61,852 bases of DNA from the NCBI RefSeq assembly GCF_004010195.1, contig NC_057719.1, positions 52,381,529-52,443,380 on the forward strand, written 5' to 3'. This DNA comes from Chiloscyllium plagiosum. Lineage: Eukaryota. Each line of letters opens with the position of its first letter. The stretch's first letter is position 1. Below, piece by piece: positions 1-11,837 of this stretch. Position numbers and translations under genes: made by a program. The notes under the pieces are model-generated. The model worked only from the letters and a program-made list of their open reading frames with translations, ran no database searches and was not told where the DNA came from.

Positions 1-575
1 ACCCCCCTGTAACCACGTCTCTGATGCCTACCACATCATAATCATTCACGATGATCTATGCCATTAGTTCGTCTGCTTTGTTATGAATGCTACGAGCATT
101 CAAGTAAAGTGCCTTAATGCTAACTTTCTTATTAGAGATAGTAGAAGTCATAAGATGTCCTAAGTTATCCTTTCTTTTTGTTGCATTCCCAGTCTGTCTC
201 AAGTTTAAATCTGCCTGCACATATGCTATCCTGCCGCTTATCTTTCCATTTGACTCCATACTCCCTGTCGCTTTCACTTTCCCTTCCCTCCAACTCAGAA
301 GTTTAAAGTCCTACTGACCACCCTATTTATCCTCTTCACTAGAACATTGGTACCTGATCGGTTAAGGTGGAGACCGTCCCAGTGGTACAGATCCCCTCGG
401 TTCCAAAACTGATGCCAATGCCCCATGAAGTGGAATCCCTCTTTCCCACACCAATCCCTTAGCCATGTGTTTACTTCCCTAATTTTCTTATCCCTATGCC
501 AATTGGCACGTGGCTCGGGCAGTAATCCGGAGATTATGATCCTTGAGGACCTGTACTTCAGTTTCCTTCCTAGTG
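1..575 (-). mobile_element. CR1/HER1-type LINE fragment: ORF1 SGNH/GDSL esterase C-terminus followed by the start of the ORF2 AP-endonuclease
   Basis: The minus strand reads REVNTWLRDWCGKEGFHFMGHWHQFWNRGDLYHWDGLHLNRSGTNVL (esterase DxxH motif). It then reads KALYLNARSIHNKADELMA*IIVNDYDVVGI (endonuclease N-terminus with an in-frame stop). Confidence 0.9.
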
Positions 576-594
576 CCCGATAATCCCCAAACCT

Positions 595-715
595 CGATTA
601 TCTCTCAACCCTGGAGGCTCCCTGCCTTCATTCCTGATGAAGGGCTTTTGCCCGATTTGTCGATTTTCCTGCTCCTCGGATGCTGCCTGACCTGCTGTGC
701 TTTTCCAGCATCACC
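595..715 (+). mobile_element. Penelope-like element pLTR fragment (family A) with a degenerate hammerhead motif
   Basis: CTGATGA-A-GGGC-TTTT-GCCC-GATT at 634-657 (GAAA mutated), followed by the ...GGATGCTGCCTGACCTGCTGTGCTTTTCCAGCA segment shared with copies at 28350, 30901, 40597 and 41768. Confidence 0.8.
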
Positions 716-719
716 TTAT

Positions 720-782
720 CAAAGGCAATAAATGCTGGCCCAGCCAGCAACACTCTCATCCTATACATGATTTTAAAAAAAA
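720..782 (+). mobile_element. 3' tail of CR1-group LINE family B
   Basis: GGCAATAAATGCTGGCCCAGCCAGCAACAC matches the 3' ends at about 27990-28030 and, reverse-complemented, at about 11860-11900 and 31680-31720. Confidence 0.65.
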
Positions 783-1507
783 TGTTTTTGTTGAAGTTGC
801 ACAGTAGCTGGAAGCAGATAACCTGACTATTCATGCAAATTCAATTGATGTCGACTCCAGGGAGAAACTGAGGGTGATTCACAGCTTCTTAGATATCAGA
901 AATAATTTTTACTGAATTTACAATAGCTTACAGTACTGAAAAAAAAAGCTGTAATGTGTAATGGTTCAATTGAGAATCTGTTTAATTAGTGGCATATTGT
1001 GAATGGCTGGTGACATTTTCCTGGAGAAATTCAGTCAAGTTATATTAATTGTGAAAGCTTAAAATCTTTCTATAATGAATTGAACAAAAACTATTTATTT
1101 TCTTTACAGAAAAGATGGTTAAATGTAAATTTTCATTTGTAATTAAGGGATGATAACCAACATTTGGACAGAGAAATTTTTGTGATCTGATTTATTTAAG
1201 ATTGCTTTTATTGAGTGCCACCACCAGATAAAAGAAGAAACATATACATACAGGAACACAATGTTGCAATGTGACACCACTAATCAGTAGCAGAGTGGTA
1301 ACAGCCGTTTCCTTTGTCATTACACTGACTTTTTGCACTGCTCCTGATTAGACACACTTCTGAGGGATCTTTGAAGATGGCTGATACAGTCTTGCTTTCC
1401 TGCTGAGTAGCCACTTTCTCTCCTACCCCTGCTCCCTGTCCAGGACTGATTCAGCCCGAAGGGACCATGAGAAGGGACTTAAAGCAGCACAGGAGATTGG
1501 TCCACAA

Positions 1508-1710
1508 ACAGAAACTCAGCTGTTCTGGTTGCATCTATGGAGAGAAAGAACAGCTAACATTATGGGTCCAGTGATCCTTTATCAGAACTTCAGTCACTGG
1601 GCTTGAAACATTAACTCTGCTTTCTCTCCACAAATACTACCATTCTGCTGAGTTTCTCCACCAATTTATATTTTTGTCTCAGATTTCCAGCATCCGTATT
1701 TTTTTGTTTT
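1508..1710. mobile_element. Palindromic PLE-derived short element (family B), two inverted hammerhead-bearing arms
   Basis: The left arm on the minus strand reads AGTTCTGATAAAGGATCACTGGACCC. The right arm reads GTCACTGGGCTTGAAACATTAACTCTGCTTTCTCTCCACA...GATTTCCAGCATC. Same family as 4690-4920. Confidence 0.7.
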
Positions 1711-2494
1711 ATGATTAAAGAAGATTGGTCATTAGTTTTGTAAATTAAGAGCAATGAAATAAAGTTGAGTTATTTTGCACATGTATGAAACAGAATGCTG
1801 TGATGTGTCAATAAATTCTGAAACCTGTTGTGGTCAGTTAATGTCATCGGTGCTATCTGCAAGTGTGCCAATGGATACTTAATCAGACATTTTGGTATTT
1901 GGAATTATCACTCCATTTGCTTAATGTAATTTAAGTGGTTAGAATGACTCATGAACTATCACACCCCATCACCAATTCTTTAATGTTGCTTAAGTAGCCA
2001 ACGAATAAGTTATGATTTAGCTTCAAACTCTGATGGGAAAACAGAAATAATGTTGATGTATGTACTGGAGAATCACTGAAACCTTTCAGTGTGGGAGTGC
2101 AATAGTCAAATATTTTGCTGAAGCAGAAAATGAGGGAATTAATAAATAGCTGACAATGTGAGCTCCATATTTACCAATCTTAGAATGCAGAAATAAATTG
2201 AAAAGAAATTGCATCAATATGTCCACACTGACAGGGTGGCATTTTAATTAATGTAGTCTTTCACAGTGAAACAGATGTCATGGCAAAGCGCAGATGCAGC
2301 TCATAAGCCTTCTGTATTCCTTGAGACTAGACAATCTTCATTCACAGTCTTTCAAACTTTAGAGCATATTGTGACGGAATGCGTTAACCATCGGTGGACA
2401 CAACCTCACATCACAAGAAGAAAAGCACCTGTAAAGAATATTAAAAACTTAAAATCTGTGCACACAGGCATTAATTGAAATTAAAGTGAAGTAA

Positions 2495-2706
2495 GGTAAT
2501 TAACCATAGTTCCCGAGGGACCATACACGCCAGTCTTAATTAAAGACACAAATGGGGTATATAACCTGCATTGCATCAAGCATGGGGCTGGGTGAAGCAG
2601 AAAGTCACCATGAACTATCATGGCGAGTCCAAGAATTTGACCTCCACTATCAGCATCATTCTGTGCTACACTCCAGCTATTTTGGTAACTGAGCTAAAGG
2701 ACCCCC
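2495..2706 (-). mobile_element. Old, degenerate tRNA-derived SINE
   Basis: The minus strand begins GGGGTCCTTTAGCTCAGTT (A-box-like), has GGTCAAATTC (B-box-like) and ends TATGGTCCCTCGGGAACTATGG. Confidence 0.5.
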
Positions 2707-3811
2707 AGTTGTAATTAATAAAAGCATGCAGTCTGACATTCTTCCATTGTTTAAACTGTTTTATCAGTTATTTAAAAAAGTCTAACATGCAGTGTTATGG
2801 AATAAGTACAACAAATAGCAGCTTCATGATTTTAATCAGTCTAGTACAATGTGCAGTAGTAGAGATGAACACTGAGCTTCTCATATATCTCCCTCCCCAC
2901 AATGAACAGTCTGCGAGTACTGACTGTTATATGCCATCATCCTGCTGTTTTTCAAGGACTTGCAATTGCTCACTACTCAAGTGCATAATCATGCTTTTCT
3001 GTAATACGGTATTGTGCAGCATAGAGTTATAATGCTGCTTTTCATTTATGGTATGCTGTAGAAATTGCACCCGAGTACATATTAAATTATGTTGTTTAAG
3101 TAATCTATATGGTTGCTTAATAACAGTATTGATTCACTTGTGCTTTATTTTTTCTCTTGCTTGACTGCAGTGTGGGCTGCAGAATATTAATTAACCATGG
3201 ATGCAATATCAACATCCTTAAGGGGATAAGTTCCATGCCCTCAAAACTGAAATGAGTATTGAGACAGATAATTAACCTGTTCCAGTGATGGCAATGAAGG
3301 CTGCACACCAATTTTGTGCTGCCTCCGCATTTGAATGAACACTGCATCATGCCAGCTCAAAGCATTCTGTTGATTGGTTTTCCTGTTGTTAGGAAGATCC
3401 CAGAAGTTCACATGACCCATTTCATTTTTATGTGCAGGCAGCACTCTTTGCAAGTGCCTTGATTTGGAGAGGTGTGGCACATCACTAACATCCCTGATTG
3501 AAATTTGTTGTGTCACTGGGAGTCTGATTTATATTTGGTTTCTGCCACAGTTTCCCAGGACTTGAGAGTCCTGAGTGAGAAATAAATGTGGGTGTTGCTG
3601 GCTCCATAAAGTAAGTGCCTCTTATAGGGAGAGTCACAGTGTTCTCCTGAGTCCTGCAGGAAGCTTTTGGTTTCCCTTCTGCAAATTGTGACCTCTCTCT
3701 TGATCCTGCTGCAATACCTCTCAATTGCCGGTTCTCACCCTTGTCTCCTTCTCCATCTCTGTGATCACTGCTTACCACTGCATTCCATCTACAGCCATGC
3801 TTATGGCTGTA

Positions 3812-3885
3812 GGAGCTCTTGCAGCGTAGTGGTAGTGGTCCTACCTCTAGGCCAAAAGGCTCAGGTGCGAGTCCCACTGTCCCTG
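3812..3885 (+). mobile_element. tRNA-derived SINE head (same family as 20256-20372)
   Basis: CTTGCAGCGTAGTGGTAGTGGTCCTACCTCTAGGCCAAAAGGCTCAGGTGCGAGTCCCAC: A-box/B-box-like spacing, and similar to 20262-20325. Confidence 0.5.
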
Positions 3886-4211
3886 CAAGTAGGCCTTGAC
3901 ATGATCCCAGTGTTTGTGCCCAAATCCTGCTGTAGCCCCCTTCTGGACTGTTGGGACTATCACTAAGGATCTCTGGTTGTGGTCTCAGTGCCATAGGTTT
4001 TTTCATTGTCAGATAACCAGCAGATCCACTTGGTCAGCTGTTGGGTTGGGACCAGGAATTTATAAAAATGATAAATTCAGCAGGAGCTCCCAAACTCAGG
4101 GCTTGCCAGTTTCTTCAGTTACTTTAGCTTTACTTGCCACTGTACTGTACTTTGAATTGTCAGGTTACAACTTATAACATGTCTTGAACATTCCATTCCT
4201 TCTGCACTTCA

Positions 4212-4560
4212 AAATCACAGAATGGCTAAAGCACAGTCGAAAAGCATTGCACTTATCCTATCTATGCTTGCTCTTCAAGGAGAAGTGTACTCAGTGCCAC
4301 TCCCACCCCTTGTAGCCTTGCACATTCTTCCTTTTGAGTTGGAATCCAATTAATTCTTGTAAATCTCAATTGGCCTCACCTCCACAACAATCTCAGGCAG
4401 TATGGCCTAAAGTCTAACTTTGCTGTATGAAAATGTTTTTCTCCATGTTGTCATTTCTTCTGTGAATTCATGTCAACCTATGCACCCTACTTCTTGATCC
4501 TTCCACTAATGAAAAGTTTCTCCTTATATAATCTGTCTACAAGGATTTATATACCTTGTT
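4212..4560 (-). mobile_element. Old CR1 LINE 3' end (probably continues at about 6100-6400)
   Basis: Degenerate similarity to the CR1 3' ends elsewhere in the window (CCTCCACAACAATCTCAGGCAG, CCTACTTCTTGATCCTTCCACTAATG). Confidence 0.55.
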
Positions 4561-4689
4561 ATCTGCAGGAAATAGGGATATGGGACTCCTGTGGCTAATG
4601 CATATTGCTACAGCAGAAATTCTCTGTCTTCACTATTGCAGAATCGCATAATCGATCAGGATTTGTCAATTAGGGAAAAAAACAAATTG

Positions 4690-4920
4690 AAAAAAACAAT
4701 GAACTCAGATGCTGGAAATTTGACTCAAAAGCAGAAATTGTTGGAGAAATTTAGCAGGTGTGGCAACATCTGGTAGAGAGAAAGTAGAGTTAATGTTTCA
4801 GGACTAGTGACCCTCGATCAGAACTGTTCTGAACAAGCATCACTCAACCCAAACGTTAACTGTGCTTTCTGTTCAAAGATGCTGCTAGACCTACTGAGTT
4901 TCTCTAGAAATTTCTGATTA
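4690..4920. mobile_element. Palindromic PLE-derived short element (family B), arms of about 95 bp centred on T4825
   Basis: TCAGAAC-T-GTTCTGA centre. The arm 4728-4824 aligns along its length with the reverse complement of 4826-4919. Each arm starts with a decayed GTT-CTGATGA-A-GGGTC-ACTG-GACCC-GAAAC-GTT-AACT motif. Confidence 0.8.
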
Positions 4921-5091
4921 AAAAAAATTCGTATCTGGGATTACCCTTATGAGTATGCAGACTCATGGGTAGTGAATCTGTGTATAAAAGATGTGAGTGT
5001 ACCTTAATGAAATTTCCTATCAATATTCTCTTCTGCAATTTAAGCAGTTTCAGCTTTTAGAAACTATCTACGTTACTGAAATCATTCTTGG

Positions 5092-6085
5092 TTAGATTCC
5101 CTACAGTGTGGAAACAGGCCCTTCGGCCCAACAAGTCCCCACCGACCCTCTGAAGAGCAATCTAAAGGTAAACATGCAGGTTGAGTCCGTCATTAAGAAA
5201 GCGAATGCAATGTTGTCTCTTATCTCAAGAGGGTTGGAATATAAAAGCAGAGATGTACTACTAAGACTGTATAAAGCTCTGGTTAGGCCCCATTTGGAGT
5301 ACTGTGTCCAGTTTTGGTCCCCACACCTCAGGAAGGACATACTGGCACTGGAACGTGTCCAGCGGAGATTCACACGGATGATCCCTGGAATGACAGATCT
5401 AACATATGAGGAACGGCTGAGGATACTGGGATTGTACTCGTTGGAGTTTAGAAGATTAAGGGGAGACTTAATAGAGACATACAAAATAATACATGGCTTG
5501 GAAAAGGTGGATGCTAGGAAATTGTTTCAGCTAAACGAGGAGACTAGGACCCGTGGACACAGCCTTAGAATTAGAGGGGGTCATTTCAGAACAGAAATGC
5601 AGAGACATTTCTTCAGCCAGAGAGTGGTGGGCCTGTGGAATTCATTGCCACGGGGTGCAGTGGAAGCCGGGACGCTAAATGTCTTCAAGGCCAAGATTGA
5701 TAGATTCTTGTTGACTAGAGGGATTAAGGGCTACGGGGAGAACGCTGGTAAGTGGAGCTGAAATGCGCATCAGCCATGATTGAATGGCGGAGTGGACTCG
5801 ATGGGCCGAATGGCCTTACTTCCACTCCTATGTCTTATGGTCTAATCCACCCAGACCCATTCCCCTACATTTACCCCTTCCCCTACACTATGGGCAATTT
5901 AGCCTGGCCAATTCAACTAACCTGCACATCTTTGGACTGTGGGAGGAAACCAGAGCACCCGGAGGAAACCCACGCAAACAGGGGGAGAATGTGCAAACTC
6001 CACACAGACAGTTGCCTGAGGCGGGAATTGAACCCCGGTCTTTGGCGTTGTGAGGCAGCAGTGCTAACCACTGTGCCACCGTGCC
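5092..6085 (-). mobile_element. HE1-type V-SINE interrupted by a CR1 insertion (5161-5843)
   Basis: Tail piece at 5092-5160 and head/core at 5844-6085. The minus strand reads GGCACGGTGGCACAGTGGTTAGCACTGCTGCCTCAC...GGGTTCAATTCCCGCC...GTGTGGAGTTTGCACATTCTCCCC. Confidence 0.9.
5161..5843 (+). mobile_element. CR1/HER1 LINE 5'-truncated 3' end (ORF2 C-terminus open to the stop at 5761)
   Basis: LYKALVRPHLEYCVQFWSPH...LERVQRRFTRMIPG...RRLRGDLIETYKI...WNSLP, followed by a 3' UTR ending CCTATGTCTTATGG. Confidence 0.95.
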
Positions 6086-6834
6086 ATCCACAAAGATTCT
6101 TGTGAATCTTTCTCAAATACCCACAAAAGCTTTCTAAAGTGTGCCGAATACAGTTCACAATATTCCAGTTGAGGCTGAACCTTGGTTACTTGCAAGTTTA
6201 AAATTCTCTATGTTCTTATTATCAATGCTTAGGATGCTGTATCCTTGATTATCAATGTTCTGAAACTTTCCTGCTATCTTCAATGATTTATACATATATA
6301 CCTCTGCTCCTACACCACCTTTAGAAATCTACTCTTCCTTTAATATTCTCATTTCCTGTTCTACATATCAAAATGAATCACTTTATTCCTGATTCCCCCC
6401 TTTTTCTGTAGTAAATATCAACCAAGGACCACTGCAGTGTTTTTTTGAGAAGACAAATTTTTCATCATTGGTCACTTTGTTATCATTGGAGTGACACTTT
6501 GGGCAGAGTTTGATCCTGTCCCTGGCTGCAACTGGATTTAAAGGTTAGGGAATACCCATAAAATTCTTCACCTAACCCTGACCTACTCAGATTTCTATGG
6601 TGGTCATGAGAAGCTAAGATGGCCCTTTCACCTTCACCTTCACCTCAATTGAGACCCTCAAGGGTGGGTTAAGAATGGCTTCCTGCTTGGTTTCAATCAG
6701 TCCACAAGAATTGCCACACAGTAGTGATTTTGGACCCTTGCCTGGCCTTATTGGCTATGCTTGGAGTGTTAAAAATAGTGACTGGGCTGCCATGATCGAT
6801 GGAGGATATCCTCAACAATTTCACAGTCACTCTT

Positions 6835-7349
6835 AATAGACAATAGACAATAGGTGCAGGAGTCGGCATTCTGCCCTTCGAGCCTGCACCACCATTCAAT
6901 ATGATCATGGCTGATCATCCTTAATCAGTATCCTGTTCCTGCCTTATCTCCATAACCCTTGATTCCACTATCCTTGAGAGCTCTATCCAACTCTTTCTTA
7001 AATGAATCCAGAGACTGGGCCTCCACTGCCCTCTGGGGCAGAGCATTCCACACAGCCACCACAGGAATTGACCTCGTGCACCTACGCTGCACTCCCTCAA
7101 TAGCCAGAATGCCTTTCCTCACATATGGAGAACTGCACACAGTACTCCAGGTGTGGTCTCACCAGGGCCCTGTACAGCTGCAGAAGAATCTCTTTGCTTC
7201 TATACTCAATCCCTCTTGTTATAAAGGCCAGCATGCTATTAGCCTTCTTCACTACCTGCTGTACCTGCATGCTTACCTTCATTGACTGGTGTACAAGAAC
7301 ACCCAGATCTCTCTGTACTGCCCCTTTACCTAAATTGATTCCATTTAGG
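6835..7349 (-). mobile_element. CR1 LINE 3' fragment with an internal deletion near 7061
   Basis: KKANSMLAFITRGIEYRSKEILLQLYRALVRPHLEYCVQF; RRCTRSIP is joined directly to VAVWNALPQRAVEA; (CTATTGT)n tail. Confidence 0.9.
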
Positions 7350-7869
7350 TGGAAAGCCCTGTCTTTTGTCTGACAAAGTGAATTGTCCCCGCTTGGCTAT
7401 TGGACTGGTTGCGCTATTCTTCAAAGCCTTTTTAACATGATTAGTCTTCAAGGCCTTAGCAAGGAAATACAAATTATTTTGTGTTGTCATTCTCATTGTT
7501 ATAAAAATCCTTTATTTACAAAACCAGAAGCAGTCTTCAGTAGAGTACTAAACAAGAAGAAATAATCACTAGCTCTTTTCCTTGGAGTGCAACAATGGTC
7601 ATAATGAATACATTTTTTTTGCTAAAATTAGTGGAGGAAATTATAATCTTAAATAAATAAACAAATAGTAATTTGAGCAATGCTAACTGAATTAATCTTG
7701 TGGCACAGAAATATTCCAAATGAATGACAAAGCTATACCAAAAACATTATTATTTTAATTACAATGCTCTGATTCATGCCAGAGTTTTATTAAAACATTG
7801 TAAAAAAAATTAAAAGCTGCAAGTTGCTGCATGTTCAGTCATCCCTAATTCTTTGCTCGAATCTTTCCA

Positions 7870-8182
7870 CAACTTATAAAATAATGAGAGGTATAGATAG
7901 AGTTGATGGTAGTTGGTTTTTCCCTAAGATGGGGAATTTCAAGATTTGGGGACACATTTTTAAGGTGAGAGGAGAGAGAAGACATGAGGCAAACATTTTG
8001 CGCAGAACGTGTGGAATGGACTTCCTACAGAAGTGGTGGATGCAGATTGGATAGATACATGAATACGAAAGGTTTGGAGAGATGTGGGCCAGCAGCAGGC
8101 AGGTGGAACTAGTTTAGTTTGGGATTATGGCGTGTTTGGACCGAAGGGTCTGTTTCTGGGCTGTATGACTCTATGACTATGA
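7870..8182 (+). mobile_element. CR1 LINE 3' fragment
   Basis: TYKIMRGIDRVD...GHIFKVRGER; tail GGGTCTGTTTC...CTGTATGACTCTATGACTATGAC. Confidence 0.85.
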
Positions 8183-8577
8183 CGCTGTAAATGTAAGAGC
8201 TTCTGGAGTAAAGGATTAATGGGGGAAGATTGGACAACTAGCCACTAAACAAAAGAACAACAATACCATGCTTCTTTTAAAAAAACAGGGTTCTCTAAGG
8301 TTTCCTAAAATGTGTTGAATTACAAAACAATGAACATATTCAGATGTATAACAAAGCAGAGGGAGATTGTTTCAGATTTCCAATATTCTTTATTTTTATT
8401 TAAATATTCTCTGAAGTTTGGAAACTTAAAACGATTGATACTTTCAAGAAGATCCAATGGGAATAGTTTCATCTACTATTAGTCGGGGGTTGAGGAAAAG
8501 GAGCCATAGTTGCAGTTCAGCCATCGTCTGAGTGGTGGAACAGCTTTCATGGTGTAAAATGGCTTGCTCTTCTTACA

Positions 8578-9095
8578 TCATAGAGTCAAAGAGTTGTATG
8601 GCACAGAAACAGACCCTTTGGTCCAACTTGTCTATGCCAACCAGATATCCTACATTGATAATGTTCCGTTTGCCAGCATTTGGTCCATATCCCTTGAAAT
8701 CCTTCCTAATCATATACCCATCCAGCCATTTAGATGTTGTTATTATGCCAGCCTCCACCACTTTCTCTGGAGCTCATCCCATACATGCACCACCCTCTAC
8801 ATGAAAATGTCAGGTCCCATTTAAATCTTTCTCCGCTCACCTTAACCCTATGCCCTCTAGTTTTGAACTCTCCCAGCCCAGAGGAAAAGATCTTGGCTAT
8901 TCACCCTCTCAATACCCTTCATGATTTTAAATTTCTATAAGATCACCTCTCAGTCTCTGAGGCTCTAGGGAAAGTAACCCCAGCCTATTCAGCCTCTCCC
9001 TCTCGCTCAAACCTCCAACCCCTGGCAACGTCTTTTCTGTAAATCTTTTCTGAACTCTTTCAAATGTCACAACATCCTTCCAATTGGAGGGAGAC
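8578..9095 (-). mobile_element. CR1 LINE 3' fragment
   Basis: Similar to the copies at 16305 and 51705; VEAGIITTSKWLDGYMIRKDFKGYGPNAGK. Confidence 0.85.
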
Positions 9096-11837
9096 ATATA
9101 TATTCAAGTGAGTTACCTTTCATACCATCTAATGTCATGTAAAAGGAGAATACTTTGATTTAAAATTACTCAATCTGAATGTTTAAGAAATGATTCCTAT
9201 ACTTTTACCCTTGCTTTAATACTCGCATGTTTTATATTAACCAACAATTTAAAGTAGCTAGCAGTTACATTTTCTATTACAAGTTTGGTTAAGTTACTTT
9301 CAAGCAATGCCAACGTGTAAAGACTTTACCTTTTTGACTTGGCGCACTGAAGTAAATTTGACCATTTGTTGCCTGAAATAATTGCTGTAATTAAGTTGCC
9401 AGGAAGAGCAGCAAGCTTGCATGTATAACATTAACATGATATTGTATTTCTAAGTAGGGTGCAAATTGAACTGTTTGGAAAAATAATATCCAGCAAATGA
9501 GCAACTCTGCTGTACCTATAATTTAGTTTTGTCCTAGCCAATTTTCCTTAGACAGTACTGTCCTTCATCCTACAAAATGCTTAAAGTGGCAGGTGTTCTA
9601 CATAAAAGTAGGGCAGGAGCCATCTTTAAGTGTCCCATTGTATACATAACTTCTTAAAGATTTATGAAGGAGTGAGATATGGCAACATATGTTATGCAAA
9701 AAGAAAACACATTTCATGTACTATGTTTTTAATGTATTATTTATTTTTCAGTGATTTGCGTGCTTTTATTTAAAAAAAAACTACCAATAACACATAGTTT
9801 AATTCAGTAAAGCTGGCTAGTGAATAAGATTACATGGAATGCAGCATACGAATGGGTAATAAACCCGACCAGTCCATGGCAAACTTGAGATATCATGTGC
9901 TTCTTGACAGCTATGGAATTGGGTAACAAAGGAATAGATACTAATTAAAAACTCAAATCCAAATCATTGCTCTGCATTGCAGTTAAGGCATGATCATTTC
10001 CATAATTACCAAACAATTTCTAAGAACGGTGCATGTGGGCTGTTAATATCAAAGCATCACTTTCAGGTGAAGTGAGTTCAGTAATTTGGAGGCAGATCAT
10101 AGACACATATTAAAGTCTTTGGCTCTATCCTTTATGATATCATTATAAATTCATCTACATACTTAAAGAGTAGGAGTTGCAGGCAGTATTTAATTGCCTG
10201 CATGATGAAAGTTTGGCATTCAATACCACCTATAAATTAATTGGGCTCCCAGCTGTGGGATAGAGACCCTGCCATCTTCCTGTCTCTGCTTGGATTAAGT
10301 CTAGGTCAGGAGATGGAATGTAGGATTTCATCTCATGACTGCTGGATTTAAACCAGTGAATGGCAGGACCTGCCCACATGGGGAGTCGGAGAAGCAGAGC
10401 CTGTGTTGTATTTGCTTGTTGGCCTGTGGTGAAATGCTCTTGTTTCAGGTGCTCAGTGTTTGATTAATCCGATATCAGAGTTGGAAGCCCATTATAAGAA
10501 ACACTTTTTTCCATCCCATTTTCTCCACCTACCGAGCTGGGTCCCCCTTTATCAGAGACTTCCCTCCCACTGACCCACATCTTGTCTCAGTCATATTGAT
10601 GGCCATGGCCTCAGATGCGTATATTATCCATGATGCTGAGGGTAATGCGGAGCTATCAGTTTCTGATTAGCTAACACCTCTCAGGAAGAGGTATTTCTTC
10701 CCTGGTGCTCTTGATCATGAAGATAGTGGCCACTTAAGTGTCTGACACTTATTTCAACTGGCCTTCCCCAACAGCGGCAATACAGCGATATCACCAGGTC
10801 TTTATCTGGTTGGTTTGATCCCTTTTGCCCAGAATAAATTTGCATATATAAATTTATTGCAATTCCACCTTATCACCAGTGAAGGCACCGTGACAATGCC
10901 ACAGGGCAGAGTATAATGACAATGTGTCAGTATTCAAAATCTCTTCCAAATGCGATTGCAGGAATTTATATTGGAAGCATCTGATAGGAACTGCATGCAG
11001 ATGCGAGATTTTTAAGATACTTTATAAGATTCCAAAATTACTTGCATTCTCAAATGCAGGCAGTGTATTTTTTCAATGTTAATGAAATCCTACTATTATT
11101 CATTAAATTAGGCACATCCATATAATTAAACATGTATAACAGTAATGATTATATCTATATTCATTAAACCAGAAGAAAACTGCCATTTCAAACTGCTCTC
11201 GGAAATTTACTATGATCAGATATTTGAGGTATGCCTCATAGACTTAACTGTAATAGCAAATCAGTGGGGAAAAATTAGTTTGATAATTTCATTTTCTAGA
11301 TTGTGTATGTACATTTTTTAAAATGAAAAATTAATGTGGTCTGGTATCTTTTCCTTTGCTAAATAACATGATGTTGATATCAGTGTAATTCAGGTTATGG
11401 GCTGCAGAGGCCATTGTTGCTTTGCAGTTAAAACTGTAAACCTTATTTATAATGTTCATTTTTTAAATGAAATTCAAATGATAAACTAACTATTTAAACC
11501 ATGTACAAAATGCCTGGAGCCAATTTGTATTAATTTGCTTTTACTTATTTAATATTTTTTAACAGTACTAGCATTCCCACTTGAATATACTGGATTTTTG
11601 TGAGTTCAGAGTTAAAATTCAATTGATATTAATCACATTAATCCTGAACAACATTATGAATATCTTCATGTATGACAACTGTCAAAACCCCTTCCCACAC
11701 CAATATCCTAAATTCAAAGGTCTTCCATTGGTAATACTGTTAGTTTGAATGTAAAAAACTGAAACTATGAGCCTGTAAGGAATTGGTGGAAGTGGGAATA
11801 CCCACCTGCCAGTCACATGCGGTTTACTATTTAGATC

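Noticed and set aside
634..660. Active hammerheads at 634, 28352, 31010 and 49714
   Set aside because: The GAAA, stem II or cleavage-triplet positions are mutated, so these are recorded as decayed copies only.
1280..1351. 14/16 inverted repeat CTAATCAG.AGCAG
   Set aside because: The interior does not pair, and it is too short to assign. It is possibly a relic of an old palindromic DNA element.
5108..5761. 217-aa ORF as a host gene
   Set aside because: It is the CR1 ORF2 C-terminus fused to an antisense SINE tail; it starts at GTG and is 5'-truncated.
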